Source of the DNA: Bdellovibrionota bacterium
Lineage (GTDB): Bacteria > Bdellovibrionota_C > UBA2361 > JBGSMV01
Assembly (NCBI GenBank): GCA_044356455.1
Contig: JBIKWF010000001.1
Location: 83,801-147,800, forward strand
Length of the DNA: 64,000 nt
Reading direction: 5' to 3'
Part shown: positions 27,763 through 38,227 of the stretch, in pieces
How positions within the stretch are numbered: position 1 is the first letter of the stretch
How the letters are laid out: the number at the start of each line of letters is the position of its first letter
Notes under the pieces: generated by a model
Seen by the model: only the letters and a program-made list of their open reading frames with translations
What the model was told of the DNA's origin: nothing
The model's database searches: none
Made by a program: the position numbers and the translations under genes

Positions 27763-28995
27763 GTGAGAATAGTCTACGTATCAAACGGCCGCTTCCCTTC
27801 CGAAAAGGCGCACACCCTGCAGATTGTTAGGATGTGCGAAGCATTTGCCTCTCTCGGAGCGGAAGTGGTGCTGGTGTCCCCCCGCCGCGAGCAGCCCGAC
27901 CCGGCACTTCGTGGGGTTACGCTTGAGACGTTCTATGGCGTGGCGCACCCTTTTCGGCACGAAGTGCTTAAGAACGTCGACGTACTCTCAGGGCTTTGGA
28001 CTTCTCTGCCAAAGCCCATGGTTGCGCTACTGGTAGGCATTCAAAGTTTTCTTTGGCCACTATTTTGTGTGCTTTCCCTTTCAAGGTCGAGAGCTGAGTT
28101 GTTTTATACGAGAGACCTGGTTGCCGCGTTCTGGTTGTCCTGGCTTAGTTTTCCTTCAGTCTTCGAATTGCATCAACAACTCTCTTTGTTCGATAGGTTT
28201 TTGCTGCGCGGTATAGCACTCCGCAAGTCCTTTCGAGGAGTCATCACGGTTACTTCTTATCTGAAGACTGAGGTCATGAAGTGTGGGGTTTCGGAGGACA
28301 AAGTGTTAGTGTGGCATGATTGCGCCGATCCGAAGAATTATTCCAATCTTCCCACTCCTCTTGAATGCCGTATGAGGTTAGGGCTGCCGACCGAGGGGCT
28401 TATTATTGGATACCTTGGGCGCTTCGAGACTATGGGTAAAGAGAAAGGGCTTCCCGAACTTATTCGCGCGTTCGCCATAGTTGCACGGGAGATACCAAAG
28501 GCCCTTCTTGTCTGCGTCGGTGGGCCCTTGTCCCGTGTGCCTCAGTACGAACGAGAGTGCGATGCGCGAGGTCTGGACCGCGGTCGTGTTCGATTTGTTG
28601 ACAGGGTCTCTGCTCGCGAAACCCCGCTGTGGCTTCAAGCCTTCTCGGTGGCTGCGGCTCCTTTCCCCTGGACGGCTCATTACGCGCGTGCCATGTCCCC
28701 ATTGAAGATTTTCGAATATATGGCTGCCGGCCTCCCTATAGTTACAAGCGATCTTCCCTCCCTGCGAGAGATCCTCACGGACAAGGAAGATGCTCTTCTT
28801 GTTGCGCCGGGATCCGAAGAAGAGCTTGCCCGAGCCCTCTTAGACCTTGCAAGTTCTGAGCCTAAACGACAGGCCCTAGGAGCGGCAGCGAAGGAGAAGT
28901 CGAAGAGGTATACATGGGCCGCGAGGGCTTCAGATATTCTGGCGCGGTTTGGAGGAAGCGCGGAGGCAAGGTCACACGAGGCGGAGCAGGGGTAG
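27763..28995 (+). CDS. Glycosyltransferase family 4
   Basis: R.PSEKAH..Q...MC, KG, SPLKIFEYMAAG.PIV.SD. Confidence 0.92.
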   Translation: MRIVYVSNGRFPSEKAHTLQIVRMCEAFASLGAEVVLVSPRREQPDPALRGVTLETFYGVAHPFRHEVLKNVDVLSGLWTSLPKPMVALLVGIQSFLWPLFCVLSLSRSRAELFYTRDLVAAFWLSWLSFPSVFELHQQLSLFDRFLLRGIALRKSFRGVITVTSYLKTEVMKCGVSEDKVLVWHDCADPKNYSNLPTPLECRMRLGLPTEGLIIGYLGRFETMGKEKGLPELIRAFAIVAREIPKALLVCVGGPLSRVPQYERECDARGLDRGRVRFVDRVSARETPLWLQAFSVAAAPFPWTAHYARAMSPLKIFEYMAAGLPIVTSDLPSLREILTDKEDALLVAPGSEEELARALLDLASSEPKRQALGAAAKEKSKRYTWAARASDILARFGGSAEARSHEAEQG

Positions 28996-28998
28996 TTC

Positions 28999-30255
28999 AT
29001 GGGGTTCGAAATATATCCTTTTTTTGTGTTCTTTCCGCTCACCATACTGGTGGCCCTTGCCGTTGCCCCGCGTGAGATTCCTCGTTCGAAGGTTCTTGGG
29101 TATTCGTTCTTTGGGCTTGGGCTAAGAGTTCCTTTGATGGTGTATTTGGCGCACCATTTTCCCTTTGACGATGAGCGTGCGTACAGCACGTTCGGTGAGT
29201 CAATTGCCGAGGCTCTTACTCACCAGAGCCCGAATGTTTGGGAGGAAAATTCGTTTGCCAATCTCACCGGGGTTCTTTACTACTTGGTCGGCCCATCAGA
29301 ATACACTGTTCGGTGCTTTAATGCGGCTTTAAGCATTGTAACTGCGTTTTTACTTGGCCACATTGCTATCCTGCTCTACTCGGAACAAAGGCTTCGTGAT
29401 CGTGTGCTTCGCTGGAGCATGTTTGCTCCGCCCGTAATGTTTATCTCAGTGCTTGGCCTTAAAGAGCAGCTTGTCGCCACCCTTGTCGTGGTGATGGTGC
29501 ATGGTTTTACCATTGGACGAGTAGGTGGTTTTGCGTATCTCTTCGGTTCGGCGATTCTCCTCTATATCTTTCGCCAGGATCTTGCACTCCTGCTTATTCC
29601 AGTAACCCTTTTCTTCGCTACCGTTAAGGTGTTTGGCGTCACCAAATCGACGCAGCTGCGCGCGCTCACGGCAGTCGTGTGTGCGATTGGGATAGTCACA
29701 GCCATTGTGGTGAGGGGCTATGAATCGGAGAAGCTTGAAGATAGTAAAATGCTCGCGATTCTTAAGGGAGCGGATACGCGCGGCGAAGAAGAGCTGTTGG
29801 GAAGCGGTGCTACCTATGCTCGTTTCTTGGACCCAAACTCTCCCGGCTCGACCCTTAATCTCTTGATTCCGCCAATCCATTCGCTCTTTTCACCGTCTCC
29901 GTTTCAGATTCTGACCTCCCCTGATGAATTTGTGGTGGTTCTTACCCTGTTTATTACTATCTTCACCTACTGGGGCACCCCTTACCTGCTTATTGCGATA
30001 GGGAGATTGGCCCTAAAACTGCCGGATAACTACATCCTTGCGGTGTATGGCGTTATTTACCTTTCTGCCGCTTATTCGATTCTTACCGCGGCACCAGAGC
30101 CTTTCAGGTATCGATGGCCTGGGATACCCCTGCTCACCTTCATCGTGGCGGTGGGCCGCTATATGCCATGGCGATTTCGAGTGCACATTGTCAGGGGCTG
30201 GTGGCTGGCCGCCGCAGCTTTTGGATATGTATACCTAAAGAGCTATCGAGGGTAA
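28999..30255 (+). CDS. Polytopic membrane protein, probable Wzy-like polymerase / GT-C
   Basis: About 10 hydrophobic segments, DD..Y loop, LKE, RYR; located inside the glycan locus. Confidence 0.6.
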   Translation: MGFEIYPFFVFFPLTILVALAVAPREIPRSKVLGYSFFGLGLRVPLMVYLAHHFPFDDERAYSTFGESIAEALTHQSPNVWEENSFANLTGVLYYLVGPSEYTVRCFNAALSIVTAFLLGHIAILLYSEQRLRDRVLRWSMFAPPVMFISVLGLKEQLVATLVVVMVHGFTIGRVGGFAYLFGSAILLYIFRQDLALLLIPVTLFFATVKVFGVTKSTQLRALTAVVCAIGIVTAIVVRGYESEKLEDSKMLAILKGADTRGEEELLGSGATYARFLDPNSPGSTLNLLIPPIHSLFSPSPFQILTSPDEFVVVLTLFITIFTYWGTPYLLIAIGRLALKLPDNYILAVYGVIYLSAAYSILTAAPEPFRYRWPGIPLLTFIVAVGRYMPWRFRVHIVRGWWLAAAAFGYVYLKSYRG

Positions 30256-30302
30256 GGTAGGCTCAGGAGCGAATGGCACTAAACTGAGCTTTGTTGACGC
30301 CT

Positions 30303-31604
30303 ATGCACGAGCGCATCCACGTCCTTCACATTATTACTACCATTGATAGGGGCGGGGCTGAAAATCACCTGTATTCTTTGGTTAAGCACCAGCGCGATAT
30401 TGGTTGGGCAGTCTCAGTTGCCTATTTGAAGGGCGCTCCTTACTGGAAGGTAAAATTTGAGCAGCTTGGAGTAGAGGTAGTTGGGCTGGGGCTGCGCTTT
30501 TATGGAGATCCCAAACCGTTACTTAAACTTATCAAGGAATGTAGGCGGCGGTCGGCAGCGGGGGGGGCGCAACTTGTTGTCCATGCCCATCTTCCCCCTG
30601 CCGAGCTTTATGCGCGCCTCGCGCTGGCGTGTGCTCACCTAGAGTGCCCCTTTCTTGTGTCGAGGCATAACGATGCTCCGTTTTATCGGGGGCCATTCGC
30701 TAAAGCGCTTTCGCGCTGGGTTCTAAAGCGTGCCGTACGTGTCATTGCCATTTCCTCTGCAGTAGCCGCCCGAGTGAAGAGCGAGCTTTCCGGTGTGAAG
30801 CATCGAGTCCCGGAAGTAGAAACTATTCCCTACGGTATTGGCGCGGATTGGCTACCTCCCCGAAGCGACTCTCTCTCTCTGAGGAAGGGAGGTCACGGTC
30901 GTTCCGCGGCTGCCTCGGCGGTTCGGAGTGCCCTCAATATTCCTAATGATGCCTTAGTAGTGGGAACTATTTCACGCCTAGTCCCCCAAAAGGCGCTACA
31001 CCTTTTGATTGAGGGTTTTTCGGAGTTCTCGTCGTCCTCGTTGTCGGATGGCGATAAGGCGGCAGGGGCCGAGTTCCTCGTGATCGTGGGAAGAGGCTCG
31101 CTCAAGAACGATCTCGAGTCTCTTGCGCAGCGACTTGGAGTTGGGTCTCAGGTGCGGTTTGTCTCTTTTACCGACGAAGTGCGTGCAACCCTGGAATCCT
31201 TTGACATTTTTGCACTAACTTCACTCTATGAGGGCTTTGGCTTAGTTCTTCTGGAGGCGATGGTATGCGAGCTTTCTATTCTCGCCACTCGTGTGAGTTC
31301 GATAGGGGATATTGTGGAGAATGAGCAGACCGGAATACTCGTCCCCCCGAACAATAGTGGGGCGATTGCAAAAGGCTTGAACGCCTTGCGTTCGCCAGAG
31401 GTGCGTCAGCGTTTGGGGCGTGCCGGAGGACTCCGAGTAAAGGAGTGCTTTTCGGAAGAAGTCATGTGTGAGCGGCTCGATCGAGTGTATGCTGGACTGT
31501 TTGACGGGATCTCTGGCAATGGCTTTCCTGGGGGCTTTCCTGGGGGCGTTGTTGGTGGAGGCTCGGAGCAATCGGTCGGAAATTCGGAGCGTAGGAGGGG
31601 CTGA
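30303..31604 (+). CDS. Glycosyltransferase family 4
   Basis: GGAE, HAH, RL...K, S.YEGFGLVLLEAM. Confidence 0.92.
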   Translation: MHERIHVLHIITTIDRGGAENHLYSLVKHQRDIGWAVSVAYLKGAPYWKVKFEQLGVEVVGLGLRFYGDPKPLLKLIKECRRRSAAGGAQLVVHAHLPPAELYARLALACAHLECPFLVSRHNDAPFYRGPFAKALSRWVLKRAVRVIAISSAVAARVKSELSGVKHRVPEVETIPYGIGADWLPPRSDSLSLRKGGHGRSAAASAVRSALNIPNDALVVGTISRLVPQKALHLLIEGFSEFSSSSLSDGDKAAGAEFLVIVGRGSLKNDLESLAQRLGVGSQVRFVSFTDEVRATLESFDIFALTSLYEGFGLVLLEAMVCELSILATRVSSIGDIVENEQTGILVPPNNSGAIAKGLNALRSPEVRQRLGRAGGLRVKECFSEEVMCERLDRVYAGLFDGISGNGFPGGFPGGVVGGGSEQSVGNSERRRG

Positions 31605-33679
31605 TGTGTGGGATAGTTGGAATATTCGCCCAGCGAGGACGCGCGCTTCGAGCTAAGATCGAAAGGGGAGTTCAGGCCCTCCGTCACCGTGGACCAGACG
31701 GGAGTGGCTGCGTGGTGCGCGAGCAAGAGGGCATCGCTCTTGGTCATACTCGACTTGCTATCCTCGACCTGTCAGAGCGTGGGGCTCAGCCTATGACGTC
31801 TGCGTCAGGCAGGTACGTGGTTACCTTCAATGGGGAAATCTACAATTTTCCTTTTCTTCGTCGTGAGCTTGAAGTGCTTGGCGCTCAGTTTAGCGGGACC
31901 AGCGATACCGAAGTGATTCTTGCGGGGTGCGAGTATTGGGGTATCGAAGACACCATTACGCGTCTCGAGGGCATGTTTGCTTTGGGTGTGTGGGATGAAG
32001 AACGTAAATTGCTGCACCTCGCCCGCGACAAGCATGGGATTAAGCCTTTGTATTATGGTTTCATTCGTGCGCAGGGAATAGGGGAATTTCTATTCTTTGG
32101 ATCGGAGCTGCGGCTTGTTCAGGCGCTGGGGGATGAAATACCCCCTCAATCGAAGGCTGCATTCGAATTGTTCATGAAGTTAGGGTACGTGCCGTATCCC
32201 TATTCAATTTATGAGGGTGTTTTTAAGCTTCCACCCGGGTGTTCGATTACGGTCAATCAGAACGATGTGCGAAGAGGCCTTACGGGACTCTCTCCGTGGG
32301 TCACAGGTCCCGCCGATCTTGTGAGGCCGGTAGCGTACTTTTCTCATGAGGATAGGTTTTCAGCATGTCTTCTAAGTCGTGACTCTTCTGCCCCTGGAAA
32401 CGTAGTCGATGAGCTTGAGGGGGTTCTTGGGAACGCGGTTGAAAGACATATGCTTTCGGATGTGCCGCTTGGTTCGTTTCTTTCTGGGGGTATCGATTCG
32501 ACGCTCATCACTGCGCTCATGCAGCGGCGGTCTTCTAAGCCTATTCGGAGCTTTACCATCGGATTTCATGAGGCCGGTTTCGATGAGGCGAAGGACGCGC
32601 GGCGCATTGCATTCCATTTAGGAACCGATCATCACGAACTCTATGTCTCACCTCCCGACGTCATTGGCGTGATCCCTGAAATTCCCTCAATCTATGATGA
32701 GCCTTTTGCCGATTCTTCACAGATTCCTACCCTTCTTGTTTCGCGATTCGCCTCGTCGTCCGTAAAGGTTGTTTTGAGCGGTGATGGCGGCGACGAAGTA
32801 TTCGGGGGGTATAACCGGCACCTTTGGACGCCTCGCCTCACCTCCATTCTGAGTATTTTCCCGCATCTACTTCGAAGAGTAGCAGCAAGTTCGCTCAGAA
32901 AAGTTCCAGAAGGATTCTGGAATTCCTTAAGTCGTATTGTCGGACGGGTAATTCCAGTCGGGAGCCTCCCTGCCGTTCTCCCTGAAAAAATTACCAAGAT
33001 GCTGAGCCTTATTGATGCCAAAGATTTGCTCGACTTGTATGACCGCATGATTTCGGTTTGGCAGAATTCCGCTGAAGCATTAACAGAAGGTGGATCTGTT
33101 GGTCGGCAGTTTCTTGCGCGGTTTCAGCGAACTGCGCAGGCGAGCGTAGCGGAGCAGATTATGTTTTGGGATCTGCGTACGTACTTAGTAGGTGACATTC
33201 TTACGAAGGTAGACCGCGCATCCATGCACTACGGGCTCGAGGCACGTGTCCCTTACTTGGACCAGTCGGTGGTCGATTTTAGTTGGCAGCTACCGCTGAA
33301 TCATAAAGTGAATAGGGGAACCACGAAAGCGATTCTGCGAGAGTTGCTGTATCGCTACGTCCCCGCTTCGTTATTTGAGCGTCCGAAGATGGGCTTTGGT
33401 ATCCCCCTGGAGTCTTGGCTCAAAGGGCCGCTCCGCGGGTGGGCGGAGGATCTGCTCGATGTGCGGAAGCTTCGGGAGGACGAGGCTCTTAATGTGGACG
33501 TCGTTCGGGCAACGTGGAATGAATTCTCACACTCTAACAAGAAGTTCCATTACCGTATCTGGAATGTGCTCATGTATCGCGCGTGGAAAGACGCGGTTGC
33601 CCATGGAAAGTTCTCTGATGTGTCTGAAGGGGGACGCGAGTCCGGTCATGATTTGCGTATTGTTGCCGGCGGCAAGTAG
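31604..33679 (+). CDS. asnB: Asparagine synthase-like glutamine amidotransferase, copy 2
   Basis: MCGI, HRGPD, NGEIYN, LSGGIDS, DEPFADSSQIPT, SGDGGDE, K.DRASM..GLE.R.P. Confidence 0.93.
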   Translation: MCGIVGIFAQRGRALRAKIERGVQALRHRGPDGSGCVVREQEGIALGHTRLAILDLSERGAQPMTSASGRYVVTFNGEIYNFPFLRRELEVLGAQFSGTSDTEVILAGCEYWGIEDTITRLEGMFALGVWDEERKLLHLARDKHGIKPLYYGFIRAQGIGEFLFFGSELRLVQALGDEIPPQSKAAFELFMKLGYVPYPYSIYEGVFKLPPGCSITVNQNDVRRGLTGLSPWVTGPADLVRPVAYFSHEDRFSACLLSRDSSAPGNVVDELEGVLGNAVERHMLSDVPLGSFLSGGIDSTLITALMQRRSSKPIRSFTIGFHEAGFDEAKDARRIAFHLGTDHHELYVSPPDVIGVIPEIPSIYDEPFADSSQIPTLLVSRFASSSVKVVLSGDGGDEVFGGYNRHLWTPRLTSILSIFPHLLRRVAASSLRKVPEGFWNSLSRIVGRVIPVGSLPAVLPEKITKMLSLIDAKDLLDLYDRMISVWQNSAEALTEGGSVGRQFLARFQRTAQASVAEQIMFWDLRTYLVGDILTKVDRASMHYGLEARVPYLDQSVVDFSWQLPLNHKVNRGTTKAILRELLYRYVPASLFERPKMGFGIPLESWLKGPLRGWAEDLLDVRKLREDEALNVDVVRATWNEFSHSNKKFHYRIWNVLMYRAWKDAVAHGKFSDVSEGGRESGHDLRIVAGGK

Positions 33680-33778
33680 CCCTCTCAAGGGGAAAAGGCC
33701 CACGCAGGAATCCCGAGCAGAGGTCCTTCCCCAGTTGGGGGGGGGGCGCCAGTTAGGGGTCTCCAGTCTCTTCGACTC

Positions 33779-34927
33779 TTAGGCCGGTCGGCTCTCAGGT
33801 AGTGCCGTCCCAGAAAACGAGTTCCCGGGCGGGGGGCTTTCAGGCGGCGCAATAAGAGAGCGAATTCTTGGATCGTCGAAGAGTTTCTGATTGCGTTGCA
33901 CCCAAGTGAAAATTTCCCTGACACCTGTCCTCACGTCGGTCTTTGGCTCCCATAAAAGGACATTCTTGGCGTGGCGTATGTCGCAAATAAAACACTTTTG
34001 GTCTCCCGGGCGCCACTCGTGGTGCTCTGCCCGTGGAACTTTTCCGATTACCTCCTGAAGGAGGCCCCGAAACTCTTCCCAGACGGAAAGGGTAAAGCGA
34101 GCCCCGCCCCCAATGTTGAAGATATGGCCGGCTGCGGCTGCACGTCTTGTGAGGGCAGCATCGTAGGCATCGAGTAAATCTTCCACGTAGAGGAGATCCC
34201 GAACCTGCTTTCCGTTTCCAAATATCTTTACCGGCCGATTGAGGTGAGCCTGCAAAAGGATCCACGCAACCCAGCCTTGGTCCCCAATTCCAAACTGGGA
34301 TGGCCCGTAGATGCAGCTTTGCCGCATCACTACCGTGGGAATGCCGTACATGCGGCTGTAGTCACGAACATACTGGTCCCCGGCTCCCTTTGAGCAGCCG
34401 TAGGGAGAGTGAAAGTCGAGGGGCTGCGATTCTGATATGCCGTCGGGATGCTGAGGGAAGAAATATCGAGTGGCGCCCTCGGAAACTGGGACGTCCTCAA
34501 GATCCCCGTAGACTTTATTAGTTGAGGCGTAGATTACAAAAGGGTTGCGTCCTGAGCGTCTGGCGGCCTCGAGAATGTTGAGAGTGCCTCTGGCGTTTAT
34601 CTCGAAGTCGGCCACGGGGTCCACAACGGAAGAGGTCACCGCGACTTGCCCGGCTAAATGGACAATTGCATCTGCACTGCTCAGAAGCTGGTTCATCAGC
34701 TCTCCCGACCTGATGTCTGCCTGGTGAAAGTTAAATGAACCTTGTCCGAAATCTCTACGTAGTAGCTCTAGGTTAATCTCCGAACCTGGCCGGGATAGGT
34801 TGTCGATCAAAGTCACCTGCTGACGCCGTCCAATGAGCCGGCGTGCGTAGTTGCTGCCAATAAAACCGGCACCACCTGTCACGACGATGTGGGACGGAAA
34901 ACAGGAATCAAAAGCTGTGTTAGCCAT
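33779..34927 (-). CDS. NAD-dependent epimerase, CDP-paratose 2-epimerase (RfbE)-like
   Basis: TGGAGFIG, HLAGQVAVT.S, STNKVYG, HSPYGCSKG..DQY, RQSCIYG, DQGWV. Confidence 0.85.
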   Translation of the reverse strand: MANTAFDSCFPSHIVVTGGAGFIGSNYARRLIGRRQQVTLIDNLSRPGSEINLELLRRDFGQGSFNFHQADIRSGELMNQLLSSADAIVHLAGQVAVTSSVVDPVADFEINARGTLNILEAARRSGRNPFVIYASTNKVYGDLEDVPVSEGATRYFFPQHPDGISESQPLDFHSPYGCSKGAGDQYVRDYSRMYGIPTVVMRQSCIYGPSQFGIGDQGWVAWILLQAHLNRPVKIFGNGKQVRDLLYVEDLLDAYDAALTRRAAAAGHIFNIGGGARFTLSVWEEFRGLLQEVIGKVPRAEHHEWRPGDQKCFICDIRHAKNVLLWEPKTDVRTGVREIFTWVQRNQKLFDDPRIRSLIAPPESPPPGNSFSGTALPESRPA

Positions 34928-34964
34928 AATGAAGAGTGAGTACCATATGAAACAATCTCTGTCT

Positions 34965-36101
34965 TCAGGGACTATTTGGGAGGCGAGGATTAAGGCTTAC
35001 GAGGGCTTCCGCCGTTTGCGTTTCCATTTCGAACAGCGAGTACAAAGCCTGAACCTTGGCCCTGGCTTGGTCAAAATTAGGAAGGGCCCCCGGGGTCAGG
35101 ACTGCGGATATGGCGCTTGCAAGGGCGCCCGCATCTCTCGTCTCTACCAAGAACCCTGTTCCCCCATGCGTTACGACCTCCGAGGTCCCCCCAACGTTGC
35201 GCGCGACGACAGGGGTACCAAGCAGGATCGACTCAAGCAGCACGTGAGGAAGCCCCTCATATTCAGAATTCAAAACGCATGCCGAGGCTTGAGAAAGTTC
35301 TTGAAGCACTTCTTCTCGAGGGAGTGCTCCTCGCAACCGAACCCGCTGCTCCAGGGATAGATCTCGAATGTGATTCCGTAGCACGCTCTCGAGAGGTCCC
35401 TCGCCGATGATATCGAGCGAGACACCGGGGAGGGTCCCCACGGCGCTCACCAGCTCTTGCACCCCCTTCCACGGGACAAGGCGGCATATCGTCACGATTC
35501 TGCTGGGGATGCGATGTTGGGGCGCTGCCTCGGGAACTTTAATTGCGTTTCGAATGATCTTAATGCGTGTGTCTGAGACTCCCCACCCCTGAACAATTTT
35601 GCCTAGATATGCACTAGGGGTCACTACGAGGCTGGCCCGCGAGACCACAAGACGGCGCAGCACGGCAAGCACGCGCGCTCTCAAGCTACCAGGGCGCTTC
35701 TGGAAGTCATCAATTGTTTGGCTGGTATAGCCTCTCCCCACTGAACGTTCCCAGGCGGGATCCCCCACGATTTTCATGAGTACAGGTCTTGGGGAAAACA
35801 GCTTTGCAAGCGCTACGAGTCCATAGAGCCCGTTCGCGAGGACCACGTCGCACGTCCGCATTTCCTCTGCTACGAGGGAAAGCGAGTTCCACAGCCTGCG
35901 GAAAAGGGGGGCTTTTCGTGAGTACCGCAGGACGGTGTAGGTGAGAGCGGAGTCGGAATCTCGCGGATTCGTTTCATCAGCTGCCGTTACGACGCGCACG
36001 AAATGCCCTTGCTCTGCAAGAAATTTGGCGATGTGTGGCACGTAGGTGGCAGGGCCCCCGATGTCCGGAGGGAAGATTCCAGTCGTAATGAGTATCCGCA
36101 T
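34965..36101 (-). CDS. Glycosyltransferase family 4
   Basis: FPPDIGGPATY, GD.AWER, RLVPWKG, YEGLPH..LE; start trimmed to MRILIT. Confidence 0.9.
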   Translation of the reverse strand: MRILITTGIFPPDIGGPATYVPHIAKFLAEQGHFVRVVTAADETNPRDSDSALTYTVLRYSRKAPLFRRLWNSLSLVAEEMRTCDVVLANGLYGLVALAKLFSPRPVLMKIVGDPAWERSVGRGYTSQTIDDFQKRPGSLRARVLAVLRRLVVSRASLVVTPSAYLGKIVQGWGVSDTRIKIIRNAIKVPEAAPQHRIPSRIVTICRLVPWKGVQELVSAVGTLPGVSLDIIGEGPLESVLRNHIRDLSLEQRVRLRGALPREEVLQELSQASACVLNSEYEGLPHVLLESILLGTPVVARNVGGTSEVVTHGGTGFLVETRDAGALASAISAVLTPGALPNFDQARAKVQALYSLFEMETQTAEALVSLNPRLPNSP

Positions 36102-36202
36102 ACTTCCACTCGCCTTGCCAACGCAGCTTCGCCTTCTCTCGTGCCGCCTGCGGTAGAGACACTCTCGACACTCGACCGGAAACCAGGGAGAGTGGTGCCA
36201 CC

Positions 36203-37534
36203 GTGACCACAAGCCTTAGGCGCCTTTTCCGCAACTCTGGTATACTCCTCCTTGGCGCCGGCCTCAACGCCGGCATTAGTCTTGTGCAGTCTGTTTTGGT
36301 AGCGGGGATCCTTGGCCCCGAGGGTCTTGGGGTAGTGGCTGGGGCCCTGGCTTTACCAACCCTATGTGCCGGCCTTCTTGGATTTAGGACCTCCGAGGCG
36401 CTTTCTTCGCTTTACACCTCTCGGGCTGCCGAGGGGGATTCCGCTGCGTGTGGCAGACTACTCGCGGGAAGCTTAGCTGCGGACCTTGTCTCAGCGCTTG
36501 TAACCTTTGCCTGCTGTGCGCTTCTGTATGCCACGTCGGTTTTCCCCAAAGGCCTTGCAGGAGAGGGGGAGTTTCTCACGCTGCTTTATTGTGGTGTTTT
36601 TCTTTTTCTCCCGTTTATTACTCTCGGAACGGCTATCTTGCGCGAATCCAATCGCTATAAATGGCTCTCCATCGTTCCGGTTCTGGCTTCGCTGGCGCAA
36701 TTGATGTGGGTAGCTTTTTACGCGCACTTCGGCACCTTAACACCCCTTTTCGTCGTGCTTTCCTATTTCGTCGCCCAAGGGTGCCAGGCGTTAATCTTTA
36801 TCGTTCTAGGACTCAGGCTCGTGAAGTTCCGAGTGGGGGTTTCGGCGCAAGACGTCATTTCGCATCTATTGAGAGGCTCTTTCTTTAAGGAGCGTGCTTT
36901 TATTAGTGTGCTGCGCGCGTCCTATTTTTCTGGTTCCCTCACTGCGATAATTAAAAATGGGGACCTGGTGCTGCTCGGGGCCATATCGGGCTCAGCGGAG
37001 GTGGGATGCTACCGAATTGCGAAGCAGCTTGTGGGACTTCTGCAAACCGCGGGTGCAAGTTTGTCCGGAGTAGTGTTTCAGGACTTTAATCACCATTGGG
37101 CTCGGGGAGAGTCAGCCGAGAAGATGCTGTGGCATGTGCGCCGCATGATGCGTTTCTGGGGACCTCTTGTGGCGGGTGGAGTGATAGCTGCCTGGTACGC
37201 AATTCCAGGGGTTATTGATATTCTATACGGCGGCGCGTTTGCTCCGGCCGTCTCTCATTTCCGCATTCTGATTTTCGGTATTGGTGTGGTAACTGCTTTT
37301 TTCTGGTCTCAGCCGTTAGCGCTGAGTTTAGGTGGCTGGGGCCTCCAATCACGGGTGTCGCTTGTAGCGGTTGCGGTATTCTTGGTGATTGGCGTGGGGC
37401 TAGCAGAGTCCCTTGGTGCGCGGGGCGTAGTGATCGGGGTTTCGGCATCCTGGGCAACAGGAACGCTGCTTTTTGTCATTTTCGGTCTGACAAAGCTTAG
37501 AAGATTGAGCAAAGTTGCTACTTCTCAGCGATAA
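36203..37534 (+). CDS. wzx: Wzx-like polysaccharide flippase
   Basis: ~12 TMs, N-terminal RNS......Q....A..LG....G, D...LG......VG.Y..A. Confidence 0.8.
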   Translation: MTTSLRRLFRNSGILLLGAGLNAGISLVQSVLVAGILGPEGLGVVAGALALPTLCAGLLGFRTSEALSSLYTSRAAEGDSAACGRLLAGSLAADLVSALVTFACCALLYATSVFPKGLAGEGEFLTLLYCGVFLFLPFITLGTAILRESNRYKWLSIVPVLASLAQLMWVAFYAHFGTLTPLFVVLSYFVAQGCQALIFIVLGLRLVKFRVGVSAQDVISHLLRGSFFKERAFISVLRASYFSGSLTAIIKNGDLVLLGAISGSAEVGCYRIAKQLVGLLQTAGASLSGVVFQDFNHHWARGESAEKMLWHVRRMMRFWGPLVAGGVIAAWYAIPGVIDILYGGAFAPAVSHFRILIFGIGVVTAFFWSQPLALSLGGWGLQSRVSLVAVAVFLVIGVGLAESLGARGVVIGVSASWATGTLLFVIFGLTKLRRLSKVATSQR

Positions 37535-38189
37535 AACAATAGGCAAGTGGCTGACGCTCTGTCCATGACACCTTTGGCTTAAGGCGCATGACAAAAGAAT
37601 CAAGAGCCCAAATGATAGGTAAGAGGAGTAGCCTCAAGCCCTTCGGCAGCAGAAATTCGATTTGGTAAAAACCTGCAGTGAATGGCCCGCGACCGATAGC
37701 AGTAATTTCTGCGTGGCGGAACCCCGCATCAAGAAGAAGCTCCTCAAGGCCTTGCCGAGTGAGGCGTACAAAGTCCTTGGGGTCAGGGTGGACATTCACC
37801 AAAAACGGCACAGAGCCAATCAGGGTTCCTCCCTTCCTTAGAACTCGTCGAATTTCTTCAGCAACCAAACGACGCTTAGAAAGGTGCTCGAAAATATTGA
37901 ACGCGAGTACATGATCCATCGTTTCGTCGGGCAAAGGCAGTTTCTCTTCTTCGAGGTTTATCACGATGTCGGGCTGCGAGGAGGGGTTTATGTCGGCGGT
38001 TTTTATGGTCGCGCCCTCTTCTGTTTCTAGAAATCTGAAGTGGCTCGCGCGAACCCCACCTCCACCGACATCGAGGATTGCGCCGCGGAGTTTCGTCCCA
38101 AGCATTCGCGCATTGGTCAAAATGCGTGCGCTGTCCTTGCCTTTAATAACCTCACCAGCGTACGCAAGAAAACCTAAATGATGTGTCAT
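37518..38189 (-). CDS. Class I SAM-dependent methyltransferase
   Basis: ILDVGGG, LP..D, FEH, VPF....H.DP.DF.R.T; alternative TTG start at 38243. Confidence 0.85.
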   Translation of the reverse strand: MTHHLGFLAYAGEVIKGKDSARILTNARMLGTKLRGAILDVGGGGVRASHFRFLETEEGATIKTADINPSSQPDIVINLEEEKLPLPDETMDHVLAFNIFEHLSKRRLVAEEIRRVLRKGGTLIGSVPFLVNVHPDPKDFVRLTRQGLEELLLDAGFRHAEITAIGRGPFTAGFYQIEFLLPKGLRLLLLPIIWALDSFVMRLKPKVSWTERQPLAYCFIAEK

Positions 38190-38227
38190 AGTGCCGGCTA
38201 CCTCTTCATATTTCTTTCGTCGGTAAA

